Source: Takakia lepidozioides
Lineage: Eukaryota > Plantae > Bryophyta
Length of the DNA: 64,000 bases
Assembly (NCBI GenBank): GCA_030704615.1
Contig: CM060734.1
Coordinates: 2,356,001-2,420,000, forward strand
Reading direction: 5' to 3'
This document shows positions 23,762 to 36,300 of this stretch, in pieces. The stretch's first letter is position 1, and each line of letters opens with the position of its first letter. A model generated the notes under the pieces. That model did no database searches, was not told the DNA's origin, and was given only the letters and a program-made list of their open reading frames with translations. A program made the position numbers and the translations under genes.

Positions 23762-24900
23762 GACTCCGGCCGTAGCCAGCGTTACTAAGAGCCACTTCAC
23801 CTTTCGGCTACTGCCCCCTTTTGGGAGTGGGCCCTATAGTAGTAAGGGTGTCCCGTGGGACACCAGATAACCAAAGAGAGATAGAGGGGAGGGCTGCTAT
23901 GAACCCCCTGCGTTCCCAGGGGGGCCCTGGGGGACCCAGGGTGCGCTAGAGGGGCTAGCTTCGAGTTGGCGTTTGTTGGTGATGATGGTTGTGAGGGAGC
24001 GGAGTGTTGTAAGATGGATTGCTTTGAAACATTGATGGATTGAGAGAATGGGTATTTTGAAGTTGTCATGCAGATCATTAATACTGGCGTTGTGTATGCC
24101 GCCCCGGGTTCCAGCAGTGATGACTGTGAGCGGGCCAGTGTCTTCCAACCCTACCGGCGAATTGCAAGAATGAGTGGGGCGTATTTTTACCGTTTTTCCA
24201 AGATTGAGTCGTAAGGGTATCGATCATGGCAGAATGTAAACTCGATAAAGTGGATGGTGAGCTGCGGGGATGGTGAAGTAGGTGGCGAGGCTTGAATGGG
24301 CAGCCCTTGGATGGTGAGTATGTCCGGGCAGAGCCAGGCGGGGCATGAGCAAGGTACTCGGGTGCACGTGCATGGTAGGAGCCATGGTGGTACAATGTGG
24401 TGGCCTCCCTTGGAAAGTACCGGCGTTAATGAGGGTGAACCATCGGGTTTCGGCACGCTTTGTGAATAGTTTGTGGAGATGCCAGACTGCTTGGTTATGT
24501 TGGGTGATATGAAGACCATGGATGACCGGATACGTGCATTGGCTAAGGAGGTGCGGCCAGGTATCACGTGCATTATAAGTTGTGGAGCATAGTGGGCAGT
24601 AAGGTGATGGAAAGCGATGTTGCCAAAAAATGTGTTTGCGTTGGTAACCCATGTATTGGGCGTATCTGAATTTAAGTGTCTGGCGGATTTGTGCATCGGT
24701 GGTAGCTTTGGTTTGCTAGAAGTGGTTCGAGAGTTTGTGGTGTAATACCTCGGATTGGGTCCATTTTTGAATATGCACTTTGGTATGACGTTGCTATCAA
24801 ACATCTATGCCGCAGCTGGCAGGTGGGACGATACTGCAAAAGTGAGAAAAATGATGAATGCCAGGGGTTAGAAAGGAGCCAGGTCGTTGCTGCATGGAGA
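23400..24900 (+). pseudogene. PPR S2/E region on the opposite strand, interrupted by a LINE
   Basis: SACSHVGLVDEG..VDLLGRAG..WRTLLGACRIHGN..YVLLS, resuming as NIYAAAGRWDDTAKVRK at 24802. Confidence 0.88.
23722..24789 (-). mobile_element. Second, shorter copy of the RLE-type LINE with a 12-bp TSD
   Basis: TSD GTTGCTATCAAA at 23710-23721 and 24790-24801; (GA)n tail 23724-23762; CPLC..DTWPHLLSQC, PDILTIQG..FIEFTFCHD. Confidence 0.9.
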
Positions 24901-25237
24901 AATGCAATTAATAAAAAAGGACTAAAATATAGAGACTCATCTACATATACTTTCATAATTTTAAATAAATGCTATATCACCCCACTTCAACCCTCCCCCA
25001 ATGCCAATACCATGCTTGACAACCTCGCACTCCCAACAACTCAATCTACTACTCAACACAACCACAGGCAACTACCCCTCATTGACTCCGCCCCAATTAT
25101 CCGGATCCCATGGGGCAAAAAATCCCCCTTTTCAAAGACACCCACCCCTCAGACCACTTCTTTTAGGAAGGCACATCACACGCTCAGATCAACTTTGGGA
25201 GTATCATATCCCTAGAGACAAACAATGTGCTAAGGCA

Positions 25238-26522
25238 TCAGTCACACATTGTGGAGGAGCACTACGCCAGAGATGGGGTTGCGGATGCGGCAAGGGTGAG
25301 TCTCTAAGAACCCATTATACTAACATTGATACTTTAGGGTTGTTCTAGTGTTTTGTAAATGTGACACAATTTCAGTTAATTTAAATCTCTTGGGTAGGAA
25401 AACAATTTTTTTATTTATAAGGTCATGTAAATGTACGTGCAGCCACGAGTCTTGGCCCAGTCGTGCAACCTCATTGCATCACAAGCATATGAGATGGGCC
25501 TTGCTTCTGAGTTGGAGGTCCATGCCGGATGTGACCGTGTTTTTCCCTCAAGAGGAGGTAGATAGAATCCGTGAGACGAAGGGCTATGGATGGGCGTACA
25601 ACCAGTTTGGTAGCCGGGTCGGACCATCGCCACCATCATCGACATCTCGGCCTCTTGGCCTTGTACCTGATCCACCACCGGCCGACGTTCCTATATGTCC
25701 TCCGAGCTTGTACCTGCTCCACTGTCTCTTGTTCCATGTCCACCATCTGCTCAACCACCTCCACCTCCACGTGCATGTGCCCCCCGAACCCCTAGGAGGG
25801 GTCGGCTTCGCCCTAGGTTTCCTCCCCTTCGGCTTGGGCGGCCTGAGCCGGATCCTTGCCCCCAATGGGAAGCGCATAGGAATATGTTATTGAGGACCGT
25901 CCAGCCTCATTGTTGGGGGAATCATCTCGACCCTCCTACCCCCATCCGAGAGAATGTGGAGTTCGAGTATTGAGGGAGACGGTATGTTGTGAGAGCCGCT
26001 ATTGACCCTGCTATGGGTTGGGGTTTATTCACGATCAATGATATTGTGGTTCCTCTTGGGAGAGGCAGCATGGTGGACTTGTTTCCATACTATGGTCCAT
26101 ACTACACCTCCGGGGAGTTCCGTACATTACGCCTCGAAGCCCCATATATCCTACCCTACATTTTGTGTGTCAACGGATAGGATGTACGTAGACGGGGGCT
26201 GTCTCCCATTGAGATCAGATTTTGTGATGGTGACCCTGATATCTTTGGCAATTTTGCTGGGCTGGTCAACAGTTCTTTTGGTCATCCTATGAGAACCAAT
26301 GTAAACTGGGACGAGTGAAGCGACGTGCATGAGAGCTTTTGTGGTCATACGTCGGTATACTGTGAGGGGATGCACATGTTTGTGATGACATGTGCTAGTA
26401 GGACTATTAGGGTTGGCACCGAGCTATTTGCATCATACGAGTTCTCCCGGGATGATTGGGACCGCCGGTTACAGCATGTGTGGGATGTGTATGATAGAAA
26501 TAGGGTTGCTGCTTTGAGATAG
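25238..26522 (+). pseudogene. Second CACTA copy: end of exon 1, intron, Pro-rich plus SET exon (type B)
   Basis: 25695-26522 is one frame with 3 internal stops: RYVVRAAIDPAMGWGLFTINDIVV..PYYGP..GNFAGLVNSS..NVNWDE*..VMTCASRTIRVGTELFASYEF. Confidence 0.78.
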
Positions 26523-26855
26523 GGGTCGCGTAGAGGGGCATTGTAGATATTCTCATGATGTACTTTGTATACATTCGATTAATCGATTGATGCAAATATT
26601 TTTTCTTGTTGCTTGTGCGGGTTGCGACTTTGCAGGGCAATGTTTCGGCAATGTTGCAGGGCTCATCAATAGTTCCATTGGTGACATGAATCATCGTCGT
26701 CATTGCTTGAGCATTCCATATTTACTTTCATTCTTAAAAATAAATGAAATCTTGGGCCTAACCTTTTAAATGGCTGAAAGAAAAGAACCAACACCACTAA
26801 CATGTAATTTGAATGAAACATTGTACGTACTCAAATATTGTTTTGGTCTTCTTAG

Positions 26856-29620
26856 GTGCATGCACCAGAAGAGTATGCGTCGAGGCACCAGCCATCTCGT
26901 ACCGGCATTGAGGCAGAGAATGTTGACTATGGCCAGGAGGACCATGAGATGAATGAGGGTGTGCCCCACTTGACTATTCCTGAAGACGTTGCAAGGGATG
27001 TTCCCAATGTTGAGCATGGTTTGGACCTTGATGAGGTCAGAGCCATGGAGGATCTTTTAATGAACAATTTGGGTGTCGAGGCCGGACAACACGTTGGCGA
27101 TCATCACGATACGTCCACGGTGGATGGAGAAGATCCGGGTCCAAGTGCAATGGAGGATGAGGCCAATACACCGTTGTACAAAGGGGCAAAAGTGAGCAGG
27201 CTATCCACCATATTGTTGTTGCTTAATTTGCAAATCAGGTTTGGCATAAGCAATGTTGGTATGTCTGCAATCATGCGTACTATTGGAGACTACATCCTTG
27301 CCCCCCCATTTAGAGTAAAAAATGCCACGCTCGAGAAAAGAGGCAAGACAAGTCCTTGACTCAGTAGGAATGGATTACAAAATTATCCATGCATGTCCTT
27401 GTGACGAGACCTTGTACTATGGAGAGCATGCGCGTGCTACCACGTGTCCCTGGTGCAAAAGATCTAGATATCGAGATGATGTTCAAGGAAAGAAGATCCC
27501 ACGAAAGGTTAATTATCTAATTTCCATTGTATAACTTGGTAGGGTTTTGGGTTTTGAAGGTTCTAATATTGCCCGAATAATTTTTCATTTCATAAATGTC
27601 AGTACATATAGAAGAATAAGTATATGATGCATGGAATATGCATGGAATAGGCAAATCAAATATTCATTGACATTGTTATAGGTGATGTCAGTGTAATTTA
27701 GGGTTTAGGGTTCAAGGTAGCAGATTGTTCTCAATTCGTATGTTGTGCAATTCATATGTATGTATGTGTAATATGAGAATATATGGAAATATATATATGA
27801 AGTTGAATTTTTCATATTGCTTGTGGGTGGGGTTAGAATATGCATTATTTTCCAATCATCCCACGCTTGAAAACACAATTTCGGAGTACATCCTTCGCAC
27901 AACTCATGAAGTGGCATGCGACACATTGAAGCCCCCCGGGAAAGGTGTGTGGCCCCCATGATTCTCAAGCATGAAAACACACCGAGGAGAAATGGCCTTT
28001 TCTGAAGGAAGATCCTAGACATGTCCATCTCAGCTTGTCTATGGAGGGTGTCAATCCATTCTCAGTCCAGTCCAGTAGCCATTCAACTTGGCCTTTGACA
28101 CTGGTTAATTACAACATCCCTCCCTATCTTGCTATCAAGAAGGGCCATACTATGTTGGCTGTCATTGTGCCAGGTGAATAACACAACTTTACGATGTACG
28201 TGGTAGTACAATGTCGAATATATATGTAACTAAGATGATTTGTTTTGTTTGTATTTGAAACGATCTGATATGTATTGTAAATAACTTGTGTTGTAGGGAA
28301 AAAACAAGTGAAGAACATGGATGTGTACATGCGTCCATTGGCTGACGAACTGAAGCTTTTATGGATGGAGTTCCAGCTTATGATGCATCGGCACCCACTG
28401 GCCAACGTTCTTTTATCTTGCGAGGGCTTTTGCTATGGACACTGCATGACTATCCAGGTACAATTTAATTTGATATTATCTATAGTATTAATATTTCTTA
28501 TGTATACCATGTGTTTGTATGTACTCGTCATGATTTTTCTTTAGCAGTTCATGTTTACAAGGTGTATGCAAAGCATTCGAAGAATGTCGGGAAAATGATC
28601 TATCCCAACTACCGGAAATTTCTACCTCTCGACCATCCATGGAGACGAGAGGCAAGAAATTATTTGATGGAACCGTGGAGAGGAGACCTCCACCCTGCGT
28701 TCACCCGGGTCATTTGGGAAAGACCGGTGGAAAGAGATGGTGGATAAAAAACGTCGTAAAGCGAGGTGTGGCATGTCCTGGCTCTCAATCTTCTACGAGT
28801 TGCCTTATTGGGAGGTACAAGTCCGAAATGCATCCCTCCATACAGATGATTCCATTGAATGTCCTCAAATTTCTCATATGAAATTGCACCGAGTTTAGGG
28901 TTTATGACAAATTATATGGAAATTTCGTTATGCGCAGGATTTGAAAATCCGGCACCTCCTTGATCCCATGCATATTGAGAAGAATGTGTGCTCGTCACTT
29001 CTTCGTGTATTGGCAAACTTAACCGGGGGGGAAGAAAAAGTTGAGTGGTGATCACCTTGGTGTGAGGCAAGAGCTCCAAGCCCAAAACCGTATGCAACGA
29101 CTATGGCCTCAAGAAGATGGTGTGGACATGAACAATGTTCCCAAGTGGAAGTATAGGGCGCCAACTTGGACATGGACAAAGGAGGAATGGAAACAAGTCC
29201 GAACCACAATATGAGATATCCGGACCCCAACCGGGTATGGCGCATCTCTACGGAACAAATTTGAGGATGCCGCCACCACCCATGGTTTGAAGTCTCATGA
29301 CTACCACAACATTTTGCAAGACATCCTTCCCGTTGCAATACGAGGGACACTACATGAGGGCATTCGGAAAGCCGTCTATCAACTGGGGGACTTGTTGGAG
29401 ATCGTGAAGTAAACATTGAGGTGGGCATTGAAGAGGAGGATGACGAGGAGGGTTTGAAGACGAGGAAGAGAACGATAATGAAGAACATGATCCTTATCCT
29501 ATGGTTCAGCCGGTGCATGAGCCATATCATGGGTATATGGATGATGATTCGCCGTGTGATGAGGCTTCAGATAGGGAGGACATTAATGTTGATGATGATC
29601 GATGAATTGGGGTACATAGA
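26856..29620 (+). pseudogene. Second copy of the CACTA TnpD transposase, internally deleted, no TIRs visible
   Basis: Highly similar to the reverse complement of 7110-9550 with the same intron positions; jumps to the acidic tail at about 29385. Confidence 0.9.
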
Positions 29621-30241
29621 TATAGAATGGGATTGGGGTTTACGTGGAAAGTCGCCTCCGAGTTGAAACTTGAAACCAAAGCAACAGTAAACACCAACTG
29701 TGGATGTGTTGACATGGTTTTTCCTTTCAAACATCACAGAAATTTTGGAAGTGACAAGGAAGGGACCCACACGGAGCGGGCAAGCGAATATGCAGCGCAG
29801 CTTCAGCTGCGCATCTTCTCTGTGCTGCTGTCTTGTTTCTGGAGATTTCCACCACACTCCTCTCCTTTTTTTTGATGCGCTGAGGAAATTTCTTCAAGTT
29901 CGGTCCTCCTTTGTAAAATTTTGTAGCTGGGTTCTTCTGGATGCTCTTTCTTGCGGTACAGCGAGGTGGGTTTTCGAAGGAAAACTTGCTTGTCTTGGAT
30001 ACTCGCTCACATCAGAGACTGGAGGAGAGAAGATATGAGAGTCTATTGGGATAGAGTGGTCGAGAGGACGTTTGAAACGATAGATGGAAAGCGAAGGAAG
30101 CCCTGTTAAGTGAAGGGCCGAGGCATTTCTTGTGTTACTCGTCCTGAGACCTTTCAGTGACCTTTCCGTGGACGTTGCGATGAGCCTCCCAGAGGATGCT
30201 AAAGTGTCAGGATTACAAGCAGCAAGCTGATAGCACTGACA

Positions 30242-31140
30242 ATGAAACCTTTGAAGAAAAGTGTGGTCGGAGATTTTGTTCCCGAGTATTTGAATGCGAG
30301 TAAGCGGGCTTTGAATCTTTGCGATTCTATACTAAAGGCCCCGTCCTTTACACGGAAATACAAGCTGAACATGGCAGCAGCCATCGATGCATTGGGGGAG
30401 CAGTATGCGCACTTGGAGAACCGACAATTTGAGCAGGCGAGGAGAGCTGTGGAAACTTGCATCAGCCAGTCAATTGGCAAGGAAGAGCGCTTTGTGCAGA
30501 CCTGTGTGAAGCTCTTCTGGCTTCAGGGATGGGATTACCCCGATGTGATGGAGAAATTGCAAAAAATTCACTGTCATCTTGATTATACTAGGAGGAGAGC
30601 CATGATCTTAAATCTCGGAGCCTTTATTGGGCTTCCTGGAGCGCTGTTCTTTCTAAGCGCGACAGCTCCTAGATCCACATTGGTTCAGTCTTGCTACTCT
30701 CCGGCCTGTGCATGGCAACATTTGCTTATGCATACGTGTTTAGTAAATTACAGTGGGAGGTATTCGACATTGAGGAGCTTGAGAGACAAACAAAGATTCT
30801 TGTTCATGAACTTAACACAATGGAGAGATGTGTGACCAGTCTCGGCATAGCGGGTGAGAGTCTAACAACGGCCTTTCGGTTTGCATCTCAAGGAGAAAAT
30901 GTTAGAGAGATGAGGGTGGTGCTACCAGCTGTAAGAGCACGGTTGGCCCGGTTTCCTGACACCGTATTGAAACAACAGGCTACTCAGTTCGTTCAACGCC
31001 TGAACTGGGTCAATCAATCCCTTGAGATGTGGTTGGGGAGGTGAGGGTGGTATTACCAGCTGTGAGAGCAGGGCTGGTCCATCTTCCTGCCGCCGTGTTG
31101 AAACAACAGGCTGTTCACCTAAACTGGGTAAAACAAAATT
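30242..31140 (+). pseudogene. Divergent, frameshifted BPS1/ROH1 (DUF793)-like paralog
   Basis: VPEYLNASKRALNLCDSI resembles VDEYLEDSVKLLDVCNVL, and ILVHELNTM resembles ALLHELDSV, of the 33279-34352 protein; short tandem duplication 30910-31135. Confidence 0.55.
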
Positions 31141-33278
31141 CGGCTATGAGCGGACTAGTTGCATATCCTAATCTTCCAATCCTAATGGTACTTCCCTCCG
31201 CAGAGCCTTCCTTTCCAATAGAAGGGAGTGATCCTCGTACCCCTTGACGAAAGGGATGGTGAGATAGTTACATCTACCGTTGGCGGCTTTCAATCCCTGA
31301 GGAATGATGCAAAGTATTGCAGAATAGTGGAATCAACTGTTCTTTTCCAATTTCCTTGTCACTTCTCTCAGGCATCTTAAGACACCATCTTAAGACAGTG
31401 GAGAGGCCAGGGTTGCAGACACTACCTCTCTACGTCCTTCCTTCTTGGCCTACCTTGCATTTGCCAAGGTTCTTGGTGGCACTGTGTGTGTATACAGGTG
31501 ATTAAATATACTGCTCTTTGGACCCTGAAGACCAGTCGTTGTTCTAAGACTGGGAGCCATGCAGTCTAGTGCAGTCCTCTGACACTTGGATAGACAGTGT
31601 GGAGCATCACCTACATAGTGGAGTATTACACTATCGGGCTGGAAGGTATACCTTTGCAAGTCCTTGTCTTTTCTGAAAGAGAGCAAGTATGATCCAGAAC
31701 AAATTCAGAATCTGTGTGTTTACTTGCAGAATGACAAGACGATGCGTATAGCGATGAGTAACACAAGATCCGAAAAAATTCTCTTGTGGCAATAAATCCT
31801 GAACAGTACTTTCCTGCCTATTGGACTAGAATACCTTGTGCTGTGCATCACTTATTACTGATCACCAGTACTGGATAAGTAGGGGATCAATAATATACAC
31901 TTCCAACAGTCTAGTAAAGAGGAAACATTGTGGAACTTGTTGATAAGATCTGTTATGTTTACAGGTGAAGTTGAATACATTGACAGTACAGCCCTGCAGC
32001 ATGAGAAGTTGGATACCATTAAGTCCTCAGGTATACAGATCACTGAGCAACAATAAGAACTAACCACTATCTGCCTCATCTGCACCAAATGACCACACCT
32101 GCAATCTGCTGATGGACATAAGCCCATGACACAAGGTACATATGCGGAGAAAATTGACAACTCGGGTGCAACTGATTTTAGCTTCACATTCCTTCACTAT
32201 TTGGGTTGTGCTATCAGTCCATGCCAAGGAGCACACAGCAGGAGTCGATTTGATGGCCCTAGTTGCATCCCTGTGCATGTGGGGTCCTAGTGAGCAAACA
32301 CAAGCCAATCAACGAGGATTTTGCTTGTGGTGAAGCGTACTCTCAAAGTCCTGATCCAAACATTCAGAGGCCATGACTGGGCTCTGTTATGTGATCAAGG
32401 CTGCTTATTAGTATGTCTGCGAAATTCCATGTTGGATGGGGTACTCCTGATCCCACTTGTGTATCCTTCTACCATCCCACATCAAGGATCATGTGCACAT
32501 CTGTATGTTACCTTATCTCTATCAAATCCACTTAGTGTCCAGTAAGTGGCGCACAGACTACAGTCCCACAATGTGTCCTCAGATGATCTACAGATGTATT
32601 GAAAAAGTAGTTCCCTTTAAGTGCACTGTTATGAAAACATGATAACAGGACATGTACTTCACATACTCGAACCCAACTTACAATTTGTCTCGACTTTACA
32701 GGCAAAACATAGCCTTACCCAGTAGAGACTAGATCGACAATTTTTCAGGCGTATAAAATACATTAAATAGCACTTCCTCCAAGGTTGCATATATACACTT
32801 CCAACAGCAGGCCCTGTTCACAGCAGGGAGGCTGAAGCAACTAATAGTAACAGGAATCTTAGAATCATAATTTGGTGGGGAAGGCCTCAATCAGAGGGCT
32901 TTCCTCCCCACAAAGGTCTCACCGAGCAGCAAACAGCCATGGCATTGCATGCACGGGGGTGTACTGGAAACTTCCTCTTTGGACCAAATCTTGCATTCGT
33001 CCTCCTCTGGCTCCATGCTCTAGAGTCTTCCAAATCCTTGTCCACAGCAAGAATACCAAAACTGTGCAATTCTTTGATAGCAAGGGGGCTCTTGTGCGGC
33101 TACATACATCCTTACCTTCCTGTCTGTTTCTGCCTACTGGAGGGAAGAACTAACACCAGCCAGAAAACTATAATCCCCTCTGGTGTCTGAACCACTACAT
33201 ATATTACATATCTCCTCAGTTTCCCAGTATGCTAATACTCTGAAGTGGTGAGAAGCAAACCATGTATCCAGAACAAGT

Positions 33279-34352
33279 TCAACTTCTGGGACTGCTTAAG
33301 ACATCGAGCAAGGCCAGGCGACTAGCAACCAGCATCCTAAACAAATCATTGACATGTTGCTCCAGAGGCCTCAATCCCCTACCAAGATCCCCAGAGTGTT
33401 TCCTCAAATCCTCCAAGAACTGCGTCATCTCCTTCATCTGTTCCTTCGCCAAGGGGAAATTTCTCTCTGTCAGGTTCCGATCAAGAAGATCGTGCAAGCG
33501 ATTTGCCAAATTATACACGCTGTCCAGTTCGTGAAGAAGGGCAATGGATCCCCGGTGTTTTCTTTTGTCCGTCTCCTCTTTCACCCTTTGATGCAAGGCA
33601 AGGAGGGCAGGAGACCACAGATAGTGACTAGCCACATGAAGATTGGTCAGAGGCCGTCGTGGTTTACAAGCAAGAGCTGTAACGAGCAAGCCGCAGAGGA
33701 AAATAGTGGTTACCTTCGCCCCATAAATTGCATTTAGAAAGCCGTTCCCTTTTGTGGCCTCAATACCCTTGGGATTGGCCGACTTCTCACTCATGGTTCG
33801 CAACATAGAACTACAAGTCTCAAGCTTAGATTTAGGTTGCCCTTGCCTATACTCCGTGTCCTTCTTTTTGATCGCCTCCTTGAAATTGTTGAGAGCGTTC
33901 CTAGCCCGATAGTACTTCACCTCAGTTCCACTCTCATTGTTGTCGAGGGTATGCAGGGCATCCTCAATAAGCATCTGCTGGTGCTCCACTTCTGAAATGC
34001 CCTCCTTCAAGACGTTGCAAACATCCAAAAGCTTTACACTGTCTTCCAGATACTCATCTACCCACCTGTCATCTCTTTCAAGAAGGGGAAACTGGAGATT
34101 TGGAATGAGAGTTTCCACATTCGAATGCGTGGCAAGTACAACAGACATGGACTGAAGCAGCCAGTCGATGCTAAGAAAGCCTTTCTCCTCCCCTGCGAGT
34201 TTCAAGGCATCCAGACGCTCAGCGAGCTTGCTCTCGAACTCCTGCAAGTCTGGGTGTCGCTTTACCGAAGCATTTGCAGTGCGATGTAGAGAAAAATGCG
34301 GAAATGCGGCACCAAGTGTTGAAAACAAAGAGGACCCAGCATGTTGTGCCAT
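33279..34352 (-). CDS. BYPASS1/ROH1-like (DUF793) protein, 357 aa, single coding exon
   Basis: LQEFESKLAERL...FLSIDWL...WVDEYLEDSVKLLDVCN...AIYGAKVTTIFLCGLL...LFRMLVASRLALLDVLS. Confidence 0.85.
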   Translation of the reverse strand: MAQHAGSSLFSTLGAAFPHFSLHRTANASVKRHPDLQEFESKLAERLDALKLAGEEKGFLSIDWLLQSMSVVLATHSNVETLIPNLQFPLLERDDRWVDEYLEDSVKLLDVCNVLKEGISEVEHQQMLIEDALHTLDNNESGTEVKYYRARNALNNFKEAIKKKDTEYRQGQPKSKLETCSSMLRTMSEKSANPKGIEATKGNGFLNAIYGAKVTTIFLCGLLVTALACKPRRPLTNLHVASHYLWSPALLALHQRVKEETDKRKHRGSIALLHELDSVYNLANRLHDLLDRNLTERNFPLAKEQMKEMTQFLEDLRKHSGDLGRGLRPLEQHVNDLFRMLVASRLALLDVLSSPRS

Positions 34353-35985
34353 TTTCCTTCCAAACGGACCAGCCGCTTCAACCGCAGTATCCCTCCTGAT
34401 GATAGCCGAGAGTCCAGTAGGCTGGATTCAAGGCGTCTACTTCGCAACGGGAACCAACGGTGGTGACAGAAATCTCCCGAAGCTGGATGCTAGTGGTACA
34501 GCAGGATCAACACTGATTCGAGTCCCATTCAGCATCGATTCTACCAAATGGCATCAAAGCATAGAGTCTACCACAAGCTTCACACAAACCCAAACAAACC
34601 CAGATTACAAATCGCCCCACGAAACCGCTGTATAAAGACTTTGCGCATGCGCAGCACAAAATACATCGGGACGAAGGACGAGACGAAGATGCCTTAAGAA
34701 CCAACAATGGTCGGTGCAGCAAGCTGACGAGGTGAGTCCGGACGGACACCCGTTCACACCGGCGCCATTCCCAGTTTGCTGCCACACACTCATTTGGCGG
34801 CCGCTCATTTACGCAACTCCTTCTGTCTCTCTCGGATTGCAGACACGAGGCGGCTGCCTTGTGACATGGCTGCACATGTGTGTGGACTCTGCTGCCTCGA
34901 AATGGGGCGGCCCATGTGATGGTGGGTTCCAATCCTGCAAACTGGGCTGTGCTGCAACTCACAGACATCACGTTCACCAACAATACCTAACTTACCTCGG
35001 TAGCTGCACCACAAACTGGAACAGATTTCATGATTGTGGGCATCATGATTCATGCAATGTGAGCACTGAGGTTGACCCAGCTCTTCTCCGCTGTTGACTC
35101 GCCTTCGCGTGTTGTCAGCTTCTACACACTGACTCTCTCCGTGGTGGGCCTCATGAGTTGTCCACAGACTTTCCAGTCTCGCTCATGATGTGCGGTGCAG
35201 GGGCCCACCCACCACAACTACCACCTATTTCGTATTCTTGCATTCAAGGTTTGATGGAGAGCAGATGGGTTGTGGGCCTGGGGAGACTTTTTCAACTTAC
35301 TAGAGGAAATACCGATGGTCCTTGGAAAGGGGACATCCCGACAATTCGCTCGGACTCGCTCCGTGTCGAATGGGATAGGAATCTAGTTTAGGTGAAGGAT
35401 TCGCTGGATTTTTTCTCTATGTATCACAGCTTTTTCCGCAAGGTCTATGCCTACCTTTCCTGGCTTGACAAAATATGAAGAGTACCTAGGTGCTGAAGCA
35501 GCTGCTTTTTAGAGCACTCATCAAGTGGTAATTCTCCCCATGTGCAGGCCGGCAGATCTGACCAAGCTTGGACTACTACAACTACACAGGCCTTATTTAT
35601 ATTTATCTTCCTAGAGTTGTGGGAGTGGGTATCTGGCATAGGAGTTTGGCAAGCAAGCTGGATGTTCAGGGCGTTGAGTTGAGCAGCAAGAATGGAAATG
35701 CACACAGGCAGTAAGGCGAATCACTACCAAGGCCTGATCAGATTTTAATGTAAAGCATTTTGCTCAACTCATCCGAGCCATTCGGACTTACCCTTCCTTG
35801 TGTGGACCATCCATAACAAACCTGTTCACCAGGGATTGGGTGGCTGAAACAAAGAGATCTGCAACTCCTATGAGAGCAGTCTTGACAAAAAGATACCCCC
35901 ATGTCATTAGCTTACATTGCAGAGAATGGTTTTAATCAGCTGAGACATAATACTGCACCTGTGCAGCTAATGGAAGGGACTGACA

Positions 35986-36300
35986 GCTGCTTCTATGGCC
36001 ACCACCCATGCGGAAAGCTCGACATGGTGTACTAAGTTTTTCCTTGTTTAGTTGAGCTGATCTTCAACCTATTTGGGCCTTCATCTGATGGTGAAATGTT
36101 ATTCAGTGACCCTCAATCTCAATATTCTGTGGCTCCTTCCAGGGGCTGCTTCAATGGCCACCACCCATGCAGAAAGCTCGACATGGTGTACTATGTTTTT
36201 CCTTGTTTAGTTGAGCTGATCTTCAACCTATTTGGGCCTTCATCTGATGGTGAAATGTTATTCAGTGACCCTCAATCTCAATACTCTGTGGCTCCTTCCA
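35986..36300. repeat. 159-bp direct tandem duplication
   Basis: GCTGCTTC[T/A]ATGGCCACCACCCATGC starts at 35986 and 36145; near identical. Confidence 0.92.

Noticed and set aside
27697-27712. TTTAGGGTTTAGGG telomere-like motif (also about 8981 and 9794)
   Set aside because: Only two or three degenerate units within TE introns; insufficient for an interstitial telomere
35760-36300. Possible minus-strand coding remnant under the 159-bp duplication
   Set aside because: Multiple stops and no recognisable motif
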